Source: Haliotis rufescens (lineage: Eukaryota). Taken from it: 64,000 nucleotides of DNA. Shown here piece by piece: positions 1 through 13,142 of this stretch (positions within the stretch are counted from its first letter, which is position 1; each line of letters starts with the position of its first letter). The notes beneath the pieces are model-generated. The model was not told the DNA's origin and searched no databases. It worked only from the letters and a program-made list of their open reading frames with translations. The DNA lies in the NCBI RefSeq assembly GCF_023055435.1, contig NW_025964013.1:3782001-3846000 (forward strand), given 5' to 3'. Position numbers and translations under genes: made by a program.

Positions 1-253
1 CTGCACGCTGGCAGGTGTGTGGCCGTGGAGGTCCGATCACGTAAATGCAGCTCCCGGATGTACCGAGCTTGGGCAGGTGTAGTGACTCGTGGGTGAGAGG
101 AAGAATGGAATGTCATTGGTTGACCAATAATGTTGAAATCGTACAATGCGACGTGAAATTGTACTCTGGTTGACGGCCAGGTGATGTCTGAGAATCTGCA
201 GCTTGAAATCGGCTCACAGCGATATTGCGTGTTGCAGAGTCAAGTCGTGGCAT
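1..253 (-). mobile_element. Tc1-family transposase N-terminal fragment (decayed; continues off window start)
   Basis: Minus strand reads MPRLDSATRNIAV... from ATG at 253 and ...PRVTTPAQARYIRELHLRDR near 95-35. This matches the paired-HTH region of the other Tc1 copies in the window. Confidence 0.75.
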
Positions 254-448
254 TGTTAAATTGGTTCAAAATTGCAAAACCATATCACACATTTATAGAC
301 AGATGTTTTTGTATAGCTAAGTAGGGCCTGTACAAGTTTCATGATTTGCACGTATGAAACGTTTAAGGTGACGTGTGGGCGACATGGATTGGAAATTTGT
401 GAACAACGCACTCAAGGTGAAAATTTCAAAATCAAATGGCACCCGGTT

Positions 449-581
449 ACGCCGAAGACCCGGGTTTGATTCCCGACATGGGTACAATGTGTGAAGCCCA
501 TTTCTGGTGTCCCCCGCCGTGTTATTATGTTTGAATATTGCTAAAAGTGGCGTAAAACCATGTTCACTCACTAACTCACTC
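449..581 (+). mobile_element. SINE family A, 5'-truncated
   Basis: Aligns to the full copy at 36286-36447 from ACGCCGAAGACCCGGGTT through the tail and (TCAC)n end. Confidence 0.85.
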
Positions 582-1084
582 AAATTTGGAAAAAAATGCA
601 AAACACCCAGGCCCTGAAGGTACAACAACAGAGAAAGGCTTCAACTGTTTGTTCAAATGCCAGGATAATGTGCAGCTCACGTTTATTAATGTAATTTGGG
701 CTAGAGACCCTCATACTGAACACAACTGTTTGTCTGTCCGTCTCAATAACTATCAAAGTTACATCTTGCAGTTATAGTTACATTTTGCAGAACAGACTAT
801 GCGAGCGTAGGGAAATGAAAACTGTAATTTATATCTGATTCTGCTTTATATGAGATAGAACCAGATAACTACATTAATCGCCAGACATGACGCAATATCA
901 ACATCAGCCACCTGATGTCACATTTAAAGAGTCATCAGAGACGTGGTACGGGATTCCATTAGATTTTTCATTGTAAATAGGTTTAAGCTGCATAATGCGT
1001 TATTTATCCTGTCGAGATTATTGCTCCTGTGCGTCAGGAAATAATAACTAAATGCTCACAAAGAACAGAACAAACAAATGATGT

Positions 1085-1910
1085 CCATGAAACATGAATG
1101 CATCATGGGAGTGTTGACACATGTACCCCTCTGCAAACATCATATCATGCTAATAGTGGTGTGCGGTTAATTGTGGGTTCAGAAGTCAGTATCAGTTGTG
1201 ACCACCGTCAGCAGTGACAAGTTTGACAACGAGGCCTCATTGCCGACGCGAGAGTGTGGGGATGTTCTACTATCGAATGGAATCTGTGACCACCCGTGCT
1301 GCATGACTGCATGCATTGCCCTGTTGTGGAGTGATGTGTCTGAAGGAACGGTAGGGCGTGAGGAAGGACAACTTACTCCTGTCAACCTGCCATCGATTAC
1401 CACTAGAGGGGTTCTTACGACCCCACCACTGAATGCAGGACGTTGAGCACACACGGTCAACGTAACCTTCCGTCCGACGTCAATACACAGGCAGGCGGCT
1501 GTCAGTGTGAAACCTGGACTCCTCTGTGAAGGGGAGTATCCTAAACTGTAGCCTGAACCTCAATTGTTGTCTTGACGATAGACACATAGACCATTGACCA
1601 TACCATACCGTGCAAAGTGGTCAGACGCCGTGGTCAGATATTATGCCATCGTTGGCTACTCACCTTGGGCTAAACGCCAGGGAAGTTGCTGGTTGTCAAA
1701 TCAATCAGACACCGATTTCGCAGGTGAACCAGATGGATTATGATTATCTTGCCGGCGTGACATTACTCCTGGACGTATAGAGCGTGGTCGTTCTGTTACC
1801 ACCTACGTATGCGTAAATGTATGGCGTTACGATGAGCACGAAAACGCCAAGCAACAACTTCTTGTGTAGTTCCAGTTCCACTTGCATGCTCTCCGTAGGT
1901 ATTCATGACA
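1085..1910 (-). mobile_element. Decayed Tc1 transposase
   Basis: Minus-strand fragments RPRS..V.SRRQDN..LVHLRNR, FTEESRF, RTPLVVIDGRLTG, with many frameshifts. Confidence 0.75.
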
Positions 1911-1920
1911 AACTTGTGAA

Positions 1921-1953
1921 AACACAACACAACACAACACAACACAACACAAC
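1921..1953. repeat. (ACACA)n microsatellite
   Basis: About 6 perfect pentamer units at the Tc1/LINE junction. Confidence 0.9.
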
Positions 1954-1954
1954 A

Positions 1955-2574
1955 AGTGTCTTAGACAAGGATGCATGTTGAGTCCTGTTCTTTTTATCCT
2001 TTTTATTAACGAGTTTGTACGTGAAATGGAGATTCTTGGGCTAAGAGGCATATTTGTGAAAGATAATTTTGATGAAATCATGTTATTATTGTTTGCTTAT
2101 CATGTCACTCTTGTTGATGATTGTGTAATTGGACTGCAAGAAAAACTAGATGCTTTAGACTCTTTTTGTGACAAATGGGGCCTTGAAGTTAATTTAGTTA
2201 AGACAAGAGTCATAGTTTTCAGAAAGGTTGGTTATTTGAGATAAATTAAGAAATGGTTTTATACAGGTTCGCAAATTGAAGTTGTATACATTTCAAATAC
2301 CTTGGGTTACTATGTTCTTCAAGGCTTGTTTGGACTAAAGCATGTGATACACTAGCCATTCAAGCAAGGAAAGCGACTTTTCCAATAATTGCAATTCTAG
2401 GAGAGCTGGGACAATATCTTTGTGTGCGCACAATAACAGTCGTATTAAGTACTGGTTTCGACTAGTTTGATTACATGAAACAAGATAGATTACATGAAAA
2501 AAGACATCCGTATGCCTGTTACCATATGCTAAAAGCATTTGACGAAAATGGTCAAACTAACTGGGTTTCTTATA
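1955..2574 (+). mobile_element. Non-LTR retrotransposon (LINE) RT fragment, left part
   Basis: RQGCMLSPVLFILFINE...LLFAYHV (degenerate FADD)...LQEKLDALDSFCDKWGLEVNLVKTRVIVF...FKYLG are RT motifs. Interrupted by a Tc1 at a TA. Confidence 0.9.
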
Positions 2575-2883
2575 TACTGAACCGCAAAAGAAACGTCACC
2601 CAAGTAAAATTGCATGAAAAGTTAAAATTTAAATATCTGGGTAATTTTTGTAAACGTTTCTGAAGTTTAACATTACCCTGTCCAGGAAAATGAAATTTTA
2701 TGATAACAAAACTAAAGAAGATGACAATAAAACCAATCGCCCAAACGCATCACGGCAACGGCCATGGTAGCCCGATACTCGTGATTCCGTGCAAATTGAA
2801 ATGCACATGCGTTCCCCCATTTCTTGCCCTATAGAAATCCACTCAGATCGGATAACATTCATTCGTTATTGAATTGCAATCAC

Positions 2884-3348
2884 ATGCCAAGATTGACAAG
2901 AATTCAGCGACACCAAGCCCTTGGACGATTGTAAGCTGAACAAACCGCCCGGCAAGTAGCCAATGCATTTCAAGTCCACGTAAGGACCATACACAGGCTC
3001 CAGAAACCGACCACGTAGTGGGAGACCAAGGGTCGACACCCGATGTCAGGATCGCCAGATTGTTCGCCAGCATCTTCAAGATCGCTTTGTTAGTGCTGCG
3101 GAAACTGCTCGACAGACCATTGGGATACACTAGCGACACATTAGTGCGGACACCGTGTGTCGACGATTGACGAGCAGACACCTCCACTGTCACAGGCCAC
3201 ACCGAGGACCCATTATGACACCATGTCATCGCCGGGATCGCCTTTAGTGGACAACACAGCACCAGCATTAGAGTGGTGGAGAGGTGGAGAAGAGTCCTCT
3301 TCTCAGACGAGAGCCGTTACTGTATCTCAAAAGCAGATGGCAGAGAGA

Positions 3349-3409
<61 letters not shown>

Positions 3410-3923
3410 GCGACGCCGTGGGGAACGTCATTCGGATGCTTGTGTTGTTGAGGGAGACTCGTGGGGTGGTCCGAGCATCATGGTCTGGGATGGACTTGGT
3501 CTTGCACAGAACATCGGTCCAGGGAGAGGCAATGGTGTCACAGCAGCCTGGTACATTGATCAAGTCTTGAGACCACACGCCATACCTCATTTGGCACGTC
3601 GCCGCAAATACGAGTTTCAGCATGATAACGCCCGTGCCCACGCTGCGAGAGCAACAAGAGACTTCCTCCAACAAAACGGCATCAGAACCATGCAGTGGCC
3701 TGCCCTCAGTCCCGATTTAAATCCCATTGAGCACCTGTGGGACGATATTCAAAGACGGCTGGATGACGTCCGACCAAGGCCGACAACTGCAGCTGCACTG
3801 CGTCAGGCGTTCCTCAGAGTGTGGGCTCAAGTGCCTGTGGCCTTCATCAACCGCCTCATCCATTCCATGTATCGACGTTACACGGCAGTCATCAATGCAC
3901 ATGGCGGACACACGAAATACTGA
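2884..3923 (+). pseudogene. Tc1 transposase pseudogene (DD34E)
   Basis: Starts MPRLTRIQRHQALGRL* with an early stop, then FSDES and a (GA)n expansion. ORF 3408-3923 has FQHDNA...SPDLNPIEHLW (34 residues between D and E) and ends GGHTKY*. Confidence 0.9.
3342..3406. repeat. (GA)n microsatellite inside Tc1 transposase
   Basis: About 32 dinucleotide units with one GT interruption. Confidence 0.95.
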
Positions 3924-4111
3924 CTTGTGATGCCATTTCCTCAGAGACTAGTGTTGTGTTTCACTTTAATTTGATACTTTAATTTCAACCTCGATGATCA
4001 GTTGTACCAAGTTTCATATTTTTAATTTGTCTGAAAGTATGTTGACAGTGTTTGGACAAATAAAGTTTTTCATATATCTATCCATGGTGACGTTTCTTTT
4101 GCGGTTCAGTA

Positions 4112-4420
4112 TATAAGACAATTATTGTTTCAAACTGGCTTTCCATATGTGTGGTTGTCTCAGGATTGCGGCGATATGAAATGATTCATTGTTTATCAAA
4201 CTACGATGTAAAGATATAGAATTCCAAAACTGGCATTACAAAATCACCAATTCTTCTTTCCTTGCGGTTTATTCATTTTATAAATCACTACTCGAACCAG
4301 AATAATATCTGTCTGCCATAATCTGAATGTACGGAAAACTCGATTTAATACAACCACAAAGTCATCTTTTAGATAATGTACGAAATGTAACCACTATGAA
4401 ATAGAAAATGAATACCATTG
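4112..4420 (+). mobile_element. LINE fragment, right part (continuation of 1955-2574)
   Basis: Removing the Tc1 and one TA restores NWVSYIRQLLFQTGFPYVWLSQ, followed by QNWHYKITNS..YKSLLEPE.YL, typical of the post-RT region of LINE ORF2. Confidence 0.8.
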
Positions 4421-5177
4421 TTTGTTAATTTGTCCTTTTTCTAAAAGTAGGTGAGAAATTTAATTTCAAAATGTGACCCTATGCAACCATCTGTTCCAAA
4501 ATGTATCAGTCTTCTATCTGCAAGAAATGATTCTGTTATTAAAAACTGTCCATATATTTAAAAAGACATTTACCAATGTAAATACAAATGTAAGAAATAT
4601 GAACGTTTGTTGTAAGAAAATATGTGCATATGCACAGCATATACTATTCTTGTGGCCTTCAATCATGAGTCAACTTATTCTATTTCATGTCACACAGTGT
4701 GTGATAATGATGCATGAATCTGAACAAAAAAACACTGGCAATGTTATTTTAATATGATTGCTTTTATGGTGCTTTATGGTGTTTGGCTAGTTAACAATAT
4801 TGACCGTATAATAGCCTTACTGAATAGGACTGCATGTTGCAGAATTCGCTCACCTTTTCGCGAACACCTGATGCATCTCTTCTTGTGCTGTCATCTATGC
4901 TTGGAATGTGTCGGAATCGTACACAGGATTCTGCTTTTACTAGATTTCTTATGATTATTGAAAAGGATTTTGTCGCTTCTTTTCAGATACAGAGATTCGC
5001 GGAGCTGGTATTTAATACGTGTTCACTGGATGTCGTTACAAAGGATTGTGTTACTAGGCTTTTTACACAATGTTACTGAAATATGAGGTGAGATCGACTT
5101 GCTTCACTTGAGGCATTCTGTCTACATGATTCACTTGGTTTACTTTGTCATCTTGTACATTTATTTGGTTAACGTAA

Positions 5178-5259
5178 GCGTTCTTCCCACAATAAGCTGA
5201 CACGCCATGATATAACTGGAATACTGTTAAAAAGCGGCGTTAAATTCAACTCACTCACT
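5178..5259 (+). mobile_element. SINE family C 3' tail fragment
   Basis: TCCCACAATAAGCTGACACGCCATGATATAACTGGAATACTGTTAAAAAGCGGCGTTAAATTCAACTCACTCACT matches 40775-40847. Confidence 0.75.
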
Positions 5260-7411
5260 TATTTGAATCACTTTTCGAATAGGTTCTGTTCCTCCACTTG
5301 GTCACAGTCCATTACAATCACTTGGTCCACCTGCTTCATGTGACTCACTTGGTTCACATGGCCTAATTGGTTCACCAGTATATGGAATCCAACCCTGAAC
5401 TTGGTGCTCAATAACCTATTTATTAAACTCTCCCTGATGCAAGTGGCAGTTGAAAACATTTTGACATATATCATGCACCATTCGAAACTGTACGATTTTA
5501 TCACATGCACAGTTTCTTTTGGATATCAGTATATATTCCAATTTCACGTTGTTTCTGCTCCGTCGATTAAACGTCAAGAACCACCTTTTGTTGCAACCTG
5601 ATTCAGGCAAAGTTAACCGAGCCTTGACTGGTAAAGATCAACTAGCATGAAATGTAATTAGGACTCGATGAAAATTACGAGATGTGTTAGGTAAGTTATT
5701 GGTTATTTTAATATGTGCCAAAGAAGCTAGGAATAGTTCACACTTTGAACTTAAGGTAATTGCTCTCAGTAATTCTATCACGCCTCATTTCTGTTCTCCT
5801 GTTGTACGTGCTCTTTTCAAATGTTCTATGGGTTAAGATTGAATTTTGAATCCCCACAAGATCGCATCTGCCTACTTCCTTCAAACATCAACAGTTTGTC
5901 ATTACGTCTAAAGTGGTTGATATATTTAGATGTAACACCTACACATATGCACATGCACTATTTTCAAGATTCGTGTGGTCGCCTGAAGGCATGTTGCATA
6001 TAAATCGATAACACAAATCGGTACAGGTTGCCCCATATTTAGTTAGAAGCAGACACAACTTTCCATCATGTTCCGTACCCTTACACAACGCACACTGTCA
6101 TGTCACTTGTTAATCTGTGCAATCAAATAATGTATTATATTTTCAACCCACGAATAGTCGCCCCTAACTTTGCCACATGCATTAAACAGGTGACACTGTT
6201 TTACTCAGATTCTTACCGATGACGATCCCTGATGATCTTCAGCTCTTTGTTATAATAATGTATAATGTTCAACATCCACACCCTCAAGCATTCTGAATTA
6301 TTATCCCTTACAAAGGAATTCATTGACGAATTTCATTTTCAGCAGCCTGGGGTGTATGCAACCCAAGCTGGCTTATGAGGCAGTAAAAGGTTAACGATCA
6401 CATTACCCATTCGTAGGCTCCATGTAGCGGAAAAAGAATACACGCGTTTGTTTTTCAGCAGCATACGTGTGAGGGTTGCTTCTCCAACCTGTAACAAAAA
6501 ACAGCGCCTGTTTTATCTTTCGTGTCCTGTTTAACTGCCATGATATGACTGAAATGTAATACAAACTGCGCTATACGACAACTCACTCCAAACCTGAAGA
6601 CAAACTTTATGCATTCGTTACTGTACCACCTAATATATGTGACCATGTTGAATAGCAACAACAATACCATGCAAGTCCTTTGGTAGTCAGCTGCCCCGCA
6701 CAAGATATAGATTCCATACTTCTGCTTCCACAGGCAAAACAGTTTGCTTTGATAATCGCTCTTTGCGCCGCGTCAGATCTCCATCGTTTTAGATACATAT
6801 TTTAGCCGATCGCCAAATCTCTAACGATATTTTCACACATGTACGTTATTGGTAGAACAAACAGCAAAATTGTCATTCCCATACCATTACCAATACAATC
6901 ATTTTCAAAATATAACCACTTGAACATGTGATTTTACTCTTCAAGACAACTTCTACAGATATATGAATACACTTTAAAAAGAACTATATATATTATGAAT
7001 ACCTATCGAACCACTGATTCTATCACGAATGCACACTTTAATTATGCCTAGTCATGTGTTTCAGGTCATACAAATGTTACATGGTTAGTTTACATAAATC
7101 TCAACGAATATGAGTTGAGGCAGTACTTATAATAATTATGAAAATCAATCACCTTTTGTGGCCACGCACTCTATGACCCATACGTAAAGTTCGTTTCAGG
7201 TACGCATTTCTCACGGCAATACCAAGCGGTACATGCAACAGGTGTGTTCAACATTTTAAGGATATACACCCACTGGATGTTGTACAACAAACATGATTTC
7301 ATCATGAAAGTGACAACGAATGTCCTCTGTAAACCACAAATAGAAGTCACACAAGCTTGACAAGGGCGACTTATTGGCGACACAATGCGGTTGGTTGTTG
7401 TACACATAATA

Positions 7412-7494
7412 GTGTGGCGTGGCGTGGCGTGGCGTGGCGTGGCTCGGACTGTTGCGGTGCGGTGCGGTGCGGTGCGGTGCGGTGCGGTGCGGTG
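7412..7494. repeat. Compound (GTGGC)n-(GCGGT)n microsatellite
   Basis: About 6 GTGGC units, a 10-bp spacer, then about 8 GCGGT units. Confidence 0.9.
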
Positions 7495-9692
7495 TCGTAA
7501 AGTGGTACCGCGGCATTCATCGTATCGCGGCATTTGTGATTTCCGGTAGTTCACGCGGGACACGCCTCTTAGCAGCTGTCTATTAATGCAAATCAGTAAC
7601 CAGGAAGTGCTCACTTCGTAAACAATTTCAATTTCCTCGGAATGTTCCGTCTGCTGTAAGTAAGGAGTTATTAATCCGTTGATACATATTTCTGGCATCT
7701 GTTGTAATATTGCCTTACCCCCATCTATCAATGGCCAACGATATAACCCGCAGTTCCCCAAGTAAACTTTCTCTATCGACCTGAACTAGATCATCTGCAT
7801 ATTCATGGCGACTAATGAGGTAACGGAAGTTACGTAGTCCGCACATTTTTTCCCGCTGTGCCCAGAATCTATTGGGAGATCATAAGGGCCATAATGCCAA
7901 ACTTAGAAATACGTTCTTCACTAGTAACCAAAAGATAAATACATACTTTGGGTATACTAGGAGTGCTTTTTATATATTTATTGTTGACTTTTAACATTTC
8001 TCCATTTTGTGACAAATTATTGTCATCCAATTTTTTTTAAACAATCTTAAAATATCATTTCTGATATTTTGATGTCGACTTATTAAAATATTTTTCTCTT
8101 ACTTTTCGGTAAATATGCATTGAATACCTATTGCTGATGACGCATTTATAATTTTACTTGTGCTGTCTTTGCACTTGTCTGGACAAATCACTGATGTCCT
8201 GCATGATCATACCAAGTGGTTGGTAGAATTATGTCCTCTTTTTGTCCAATTCGGACCTCCATACACAACTTTTCTCTGTACCGCGATACGATGGAGTTCT
8301 CTCCCTTGTCAAACAGAGCGCGAGGCCCGGCTTTTACTCAGAGCTACTAATGTAAATAATGAACTTTTATCAGTAAAATATGCATTGTTTGATAACATGA
8401 ATGATATCTGATACAGAGAACACGAATAAACATAAAGGTTAGTGAGTGCATTTTGTTCCGTTTAGCGTACATGACAAGTACCGCGATACCCCGAGGTTGC
8501 AGGCTATATACTTGCTTTTAGGACTCGCCAACTGCAGCGCACTCGAACATTGAACGTAGACATATTTAAATAATCCAAATATTATGGAAACAAAGCACTG
8601 AAGCTGTTTATCCTTTTTTCTATTTGTAAAAGCAACTATTACCATGGATATGCCATTGATTGCATTCATCCATTTGATGTACGGGTACTTGGATGCCTTG
8701 CCGTAACGTTATCTCACAGGAAATACGATTTATGCGACGTTGATCTCTCATAGGAGCGGCCACAGCCAGTTTAACTTTGTTAACAAGTACAAAGAGACAG
8801 TAACTCATTCCTCTGAATGACTGGAAAACCTAAGAACAATTTCAAATCCCAACTTATTTCCGGCTCTTGACAGTTTCGGAGACTGAGTCTGTTTACTTTG
8901 CATGCTCCTGGGAAGGTGTTAACGTTAATAATCTTCGCGTGTATCATTAACACACAGTCTTCAATGTCACGGTAGGATAGCAAGATTCAACTTTATACGA
9001 TGCACATGTGATGGGGATAAACCTCGATTACCAAGGGAAATGACCTACTGCACTGCCTCAGTGTTAATTAAATGAAGATTGAATTAGCGCTGTATACATT
9101 AATTAAATGTAGAAAACGGCCTGAAATTCAACACAGTTCGGCTCTCCAACGTTACCACAAATACCATAACAGCTGTTCCATCGAACAACATGCATGACCT
9201 CTTCATTATGAAGTAATTGTTTTTTTACACAGTTCAAAACAACTTCCGCAATTCTTGATTGCTTGGTGTTAAATCAAGCCAAGCTGCAAACATTACTCTG
9301 TAAATGAATAAATATGATATAGTATAAATGGATTGTGAATATAAATCCTAGTTTTGTTATTTTGCTTGTGATACTAAATTGTCATCGAGGAAGAACGATG
9401 CATTTACCACATCATTCTCGGCAATACCACTGCGGACTTCAGCGTCTCAGTACCTGGACTATCTAGACAATACAGATAAAATAACGTGATTCCAAATGAA
9501 ATTATATTCAAACAATAGCAGATATATACACAAAGAAAACGGTTAAGCACACCCTAATATATTTCATTATTGCTTGGTCCCAATATTTGAAACAATCTGA
9601 AATAATTAACAAAATACAAGGACGAGGAGAATCGCTACAGCCATATGTATTACCATGGTAACACAAACTCTTAAGAGGTTATTCTTGTCCTA

Positions 9693-9808
9693 GGGGCGGT
9701 GGGGTAGCCTCGTGGTTAAAGCGTTGAAGCCCATTTCTGGGGTCCCCCGCCTTGATAATGAGGGAATATTTCTTAAAGCGGCGTAAAACCACATTCATTC
9801 ACTCACTC
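9693..9808 (+). mobile_element. SINE family A with internal deletion
   Basis: Head GGGGCGGTGGGGTAGCCTCGTGGTTAAAGCGTT is joined directly to GAAGCCCATTTCTGG, so the B box is lost. Tail present. Confidence 0.85.
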
Positions 9809-9851
9809 AAAATACATCTACATTATAAATGTTTGCTCAATAGAATTGTGT

Positions 9852-10070
9852 GGGGACGGGTGGTTCAGTCGTCTAATGCGCCGAAAACGTTGTGCGGAGT
9901 TGCGTCCCTTTTTATACGCCAGAAACCTATGATCGTGGGTTCGAATCCCCCGTCACCCCGATGATGTTTCTTGATTTCACCATACCGTGCTCGTAGGTTT
10001 CAAGTGGTAAACGTCTAAGACCTGCATCACTTCGGGCTTTCCCCAACATCAAGTTGACTCGCCGTGTTTG
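9852..10070 (+). mobile_element. SINE family C (tRNA-Leu-like head)
   Basis: Aligns to 40575-40800. A box GTGGTTCAGTCGTCTAA and B box GGTTCGAATCCC. Confidence 0.85.
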
Positions 10071-10671
10071 ATCGAACACAAGCGTGTACCATGAAAAGAA
10101 CGTCACACACCTGATGTCAGATATCATAGAAAGCACCTCACACAGCCACACATGCCTGCATGATGGAAAACGAACGGCTTTTAAAATGAATTTTTCTTGG
10201 AAACGAAATCAAATTTCAATGAGACGTTTTAAATGTGATTGATGCAGTCCAGTTTGAAGTTTGAACTTCATCATTGATTTGAAAGTTAACGTAGGCGAAG
10301 AACTATGACAGCGGATGACACGACGCCTTCCCACTGAGTTGAATACATTGAAAGCACATTATTTTAAAAGGGCCCCTTGTGGGCATTTTCGGCAAGTGTT
10401 TGATTTATATTCATGGAAAAGTTTGATTTTTTCAAAACACACTTTGGACATGTTCACGAATTTCTAGTATTACATGTAGGTATTTTTATAAATTGCTAGA
10501 TTTTGCCTTAGCACATGTATGTTGCATTATCTATTGCTAAAATAGCAAGCAGAACTTCAAATTAACTTTAACCGTGACTTAGCCCACGCTCCAAGTTGTC
10601 AACATCGTTACTCAGACTATCTCATGTTACGTTTGTTATTGTCATATTAAAACTTTGAATGTTTTGTAAAA

Positions 10672-10805
10672 AGTGAGTGTTTCATTTCACGTCGCTTTGA
10701 GCAATATTCAAGCAATATTATGGAAACATCAATAGTACCCATGGGAAATCGAACCGGGCCGTCGACGAGACGAGTAAATACTTTACTTGCTAGGCTACCC
10801 CACCA
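10672..10805 (-). mobile_element. SINE family A, diverged
   Basis: Reverse complement GGTGGGGTAGCCTAGC...GGTTCGATTTCCCATGGGTAC...AATATTGCTCAAAGCGACGTGAAA..CACTCACT. GTTTTGTAA is repeated on both flanks (10661, 10809). Confidence 0.75.
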
Positions 10806-11159
10806 TTCGTTTTGTAAGGAAAATAGTTTAATCATTATTCATATGAATATATCTTCTAACTCCAAAATATCTTTTTCTAAAATGTTTTGATATATGTATG
10901 TCTTCTCAAATTATACATGTGCAGGTATAGAAGACCAAGAACATACTTTCCAAAATTAGTTTCAACTGTCAAGCAAAGTTCGTGGCACCTTGTAGCCCTA
11001 TTGCCGGGATGTATCAAAACTTTCGTAACTAAAAACAAATTTACGGTTGGTTCAGCAAAGAAAGTCGTTCGTTCTTTGAATTCATTATCTGACAATCACT
11101 TGTGTAAGATGAATGTGTCAAACGGTTTCCGCCTTTGATGTTAAAGTCTTCCTTCGAGT

Positions 11160-11620
11160 TCAATTATGGTGTATCAAAGATCCCCATATACTACCAATTA
11201 ACTGCTAACGTTACAAATAACACATAGCACGTATCAAACATACCATAATCAAAACACAAGTAATAGTTCGCAAACGATCACAGCGTTTCATCATCCAGGC
11301 CTGTTGGAGGCGAGAATACATCATTTACACGTGGCGATCCCTCAAGTAGCCGTACCACACTTAGCCTCCAGATACGCTTAGGATACACTCAGGAGAATTG
11401 GATAATTGAATCCCTGGTGGCGCATGTGTGCCCGTGAAGCATCGATTTTGATTGGTGGTGGACCTTTTGAGCTTCTATTTCTGTAGGCCTTGAACACCAT
11501 GATCAAATCATTTACCTCTTACGGGAGATTGCGCTGTTCCTTGCAGGGATTGCTTGTTCCAGGCATGTTATGAAAGAGATGCACTAATATCCTGACCCAG
11601 CTCGTTTCAACTGACTGTTT
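11160..11620. repeat. Diverged dispersed duplicate, homologous to 44690-45170
   Basis: Collinear shared words: AAGATCNCCAT, TACCATA, AGCCTCNAGATACGCT, TAATTGAATCCCT, GAAGCNTCGATTT, CCTTGANCACNAT. Confidence 0.7.
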
Positions 11621-12095
11621 CTTCTTTTGCGTTTCAATATCCAGGATGTTCTTCTGTGCAAGGTGATGTGAGGCACCCTTAAAACAGTCCGGCAGATGTA
11701 TTCCACGTGCTTCGGTAACGCGAACTATCTGGAGTGAATATCAAAATTAAATTTTCAACTTCATCATTGCTTCATCATCATTACGATATGATCAGCGACG
11801 TACTTATGACAAAAAAAATGTTAATGATCATTTCTTTTTATTAATCGCATATACTGGAATAGTGCTACATGTATAGATGCTATTGACAGATTTTTGCGAA
11901 GATCCGAAAACAAAACCCAGATCAACCCTTTCCCGTCTTATTGATTTAATGCCATGTCTGGAGTACTGTATTTAAAATAATTAAACATGGATATCGATTT
12001 GGACCATGGCACAATACACAATGACAATGTGGAGACTGAATGTTTCAGTAACAGATAGAATCGTAATTACTAAAGAGTTGCTACATGTCTGATGC

Positions 12096-12349
12096 GACCC
12101 GTGAATAGGTCCTCAGCATCCCGTGCTTGCCGGAAAAGGCGACTATGTCGTAAGAGGCGACTAACGGGATCGGGTGGTCAGGCTCGCTGACTTGGTTGAT
12201 GCATGTCAGTGTATCCCAATTGCTTGGATCGATGCTCATGATATCAATCACGGAAGTGTCTGGTCCAGATTCGATTATTTACAGACCGCCGTCATATAGC
12301 TGGAATATTGCGGAGTGCGGCTTTAAACAACAAACCAACCAACCAACCC
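12096..12349 (+). mobile_element. SINE-like family B (Meta/MESC-like body, no tRNA head)
   Basis: 13-bp TSD ACATGTCTGATGC (12083-12095 and 12350-12362), GTCGTAAGAGGCGACTAA core, shared tail and (AACC)n end. Confidence 0.9.
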
Positions 12350-13142
12350 ACATGTCTGATGCCGTTTCTAACAATAATCCAGCCTAATCGCGGCTGAGGG
12401 ACAACACAAATGGACTGTTTGTGACAAGTTTTGACCCGGATCATCGGTGGGGCGAACAAACTCTGTAATCACTTAGCTATCCTTGCACCCCTGTGTGAGG
12501 GGCATAGCAGCAATAAGAACCGAATGTCGCGGTGTGGTACAGACAGCACGTGGTGCTGCGTGTCGTAATATCATGCAACAATCAGTCTAACATCTCACAG
12601 CACGCATGTGCAAAGAAAAACGACACGCCATGCTTGGCTGAATGTACATAAGGGATTGTCACCGTGTACAGGTGGATGTAGTCAGTCGTTAGTGGTTAGC
12701 CAGTTTCCGGTAGTGGTTAGTCCAGATAATCCACCGACTAATTGACATTATCTTTGTAGTTTGACTTGCGTTGAAATACATTATACAAACACCATCAATC
12801 GATGCTTTTCGTCGAATCCCTTAGTGATGCACCAATAGTAGTTCATATCAAAAGGCCACACCTGCATTTATACATGTCCTCTTTCATCGACTAACTGACA
12901 TTAACGTGTCTTTATTAAACCTTCCCATCTTTATTTAATCAGTCATGGATTATTTTGCTTGGACAAAATTCGAAATGAACTCAAGTAATTTATAATTGCG
13001 AACTCTTAACATTCAAGGCTGAAAGACTAGTTGAAAAAATCGATTCTCAGGAGATCTTAATCTGTACAGAGTTGGTTTTGACAGTTAACGGATTGCAACT
13101 AAATGACATTTGATCTCATTAACCTATTGCATTAATTAATCT

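Larger units (their letters stand above)
2575..4111 (+). mobile_element. Tc1 DNA transposon, full length (1537 bp), non-autonomous
   Basis: Perfect 26-bp TIRs TACTGAACCGCAAAAGAAACGTCACC (2575-2600 and 4086-4111), with TA on both sides, enclosing a transposase. Confidence 0.95.

Noticed and set aside
3408-3923. Functional Tc1 transposase
   Set aside because: Only the C-terminal 171 aa is open. The DNA-binding region and first catalytic Asp are cut off by a stop, a deletion and the (GA)n expansion.
7171-7761. 196-aa minus-strand ORF as a gene
   Set aside because: Non-ATG start, length inflated by GC-rich microsatellites, no recognisable domain.
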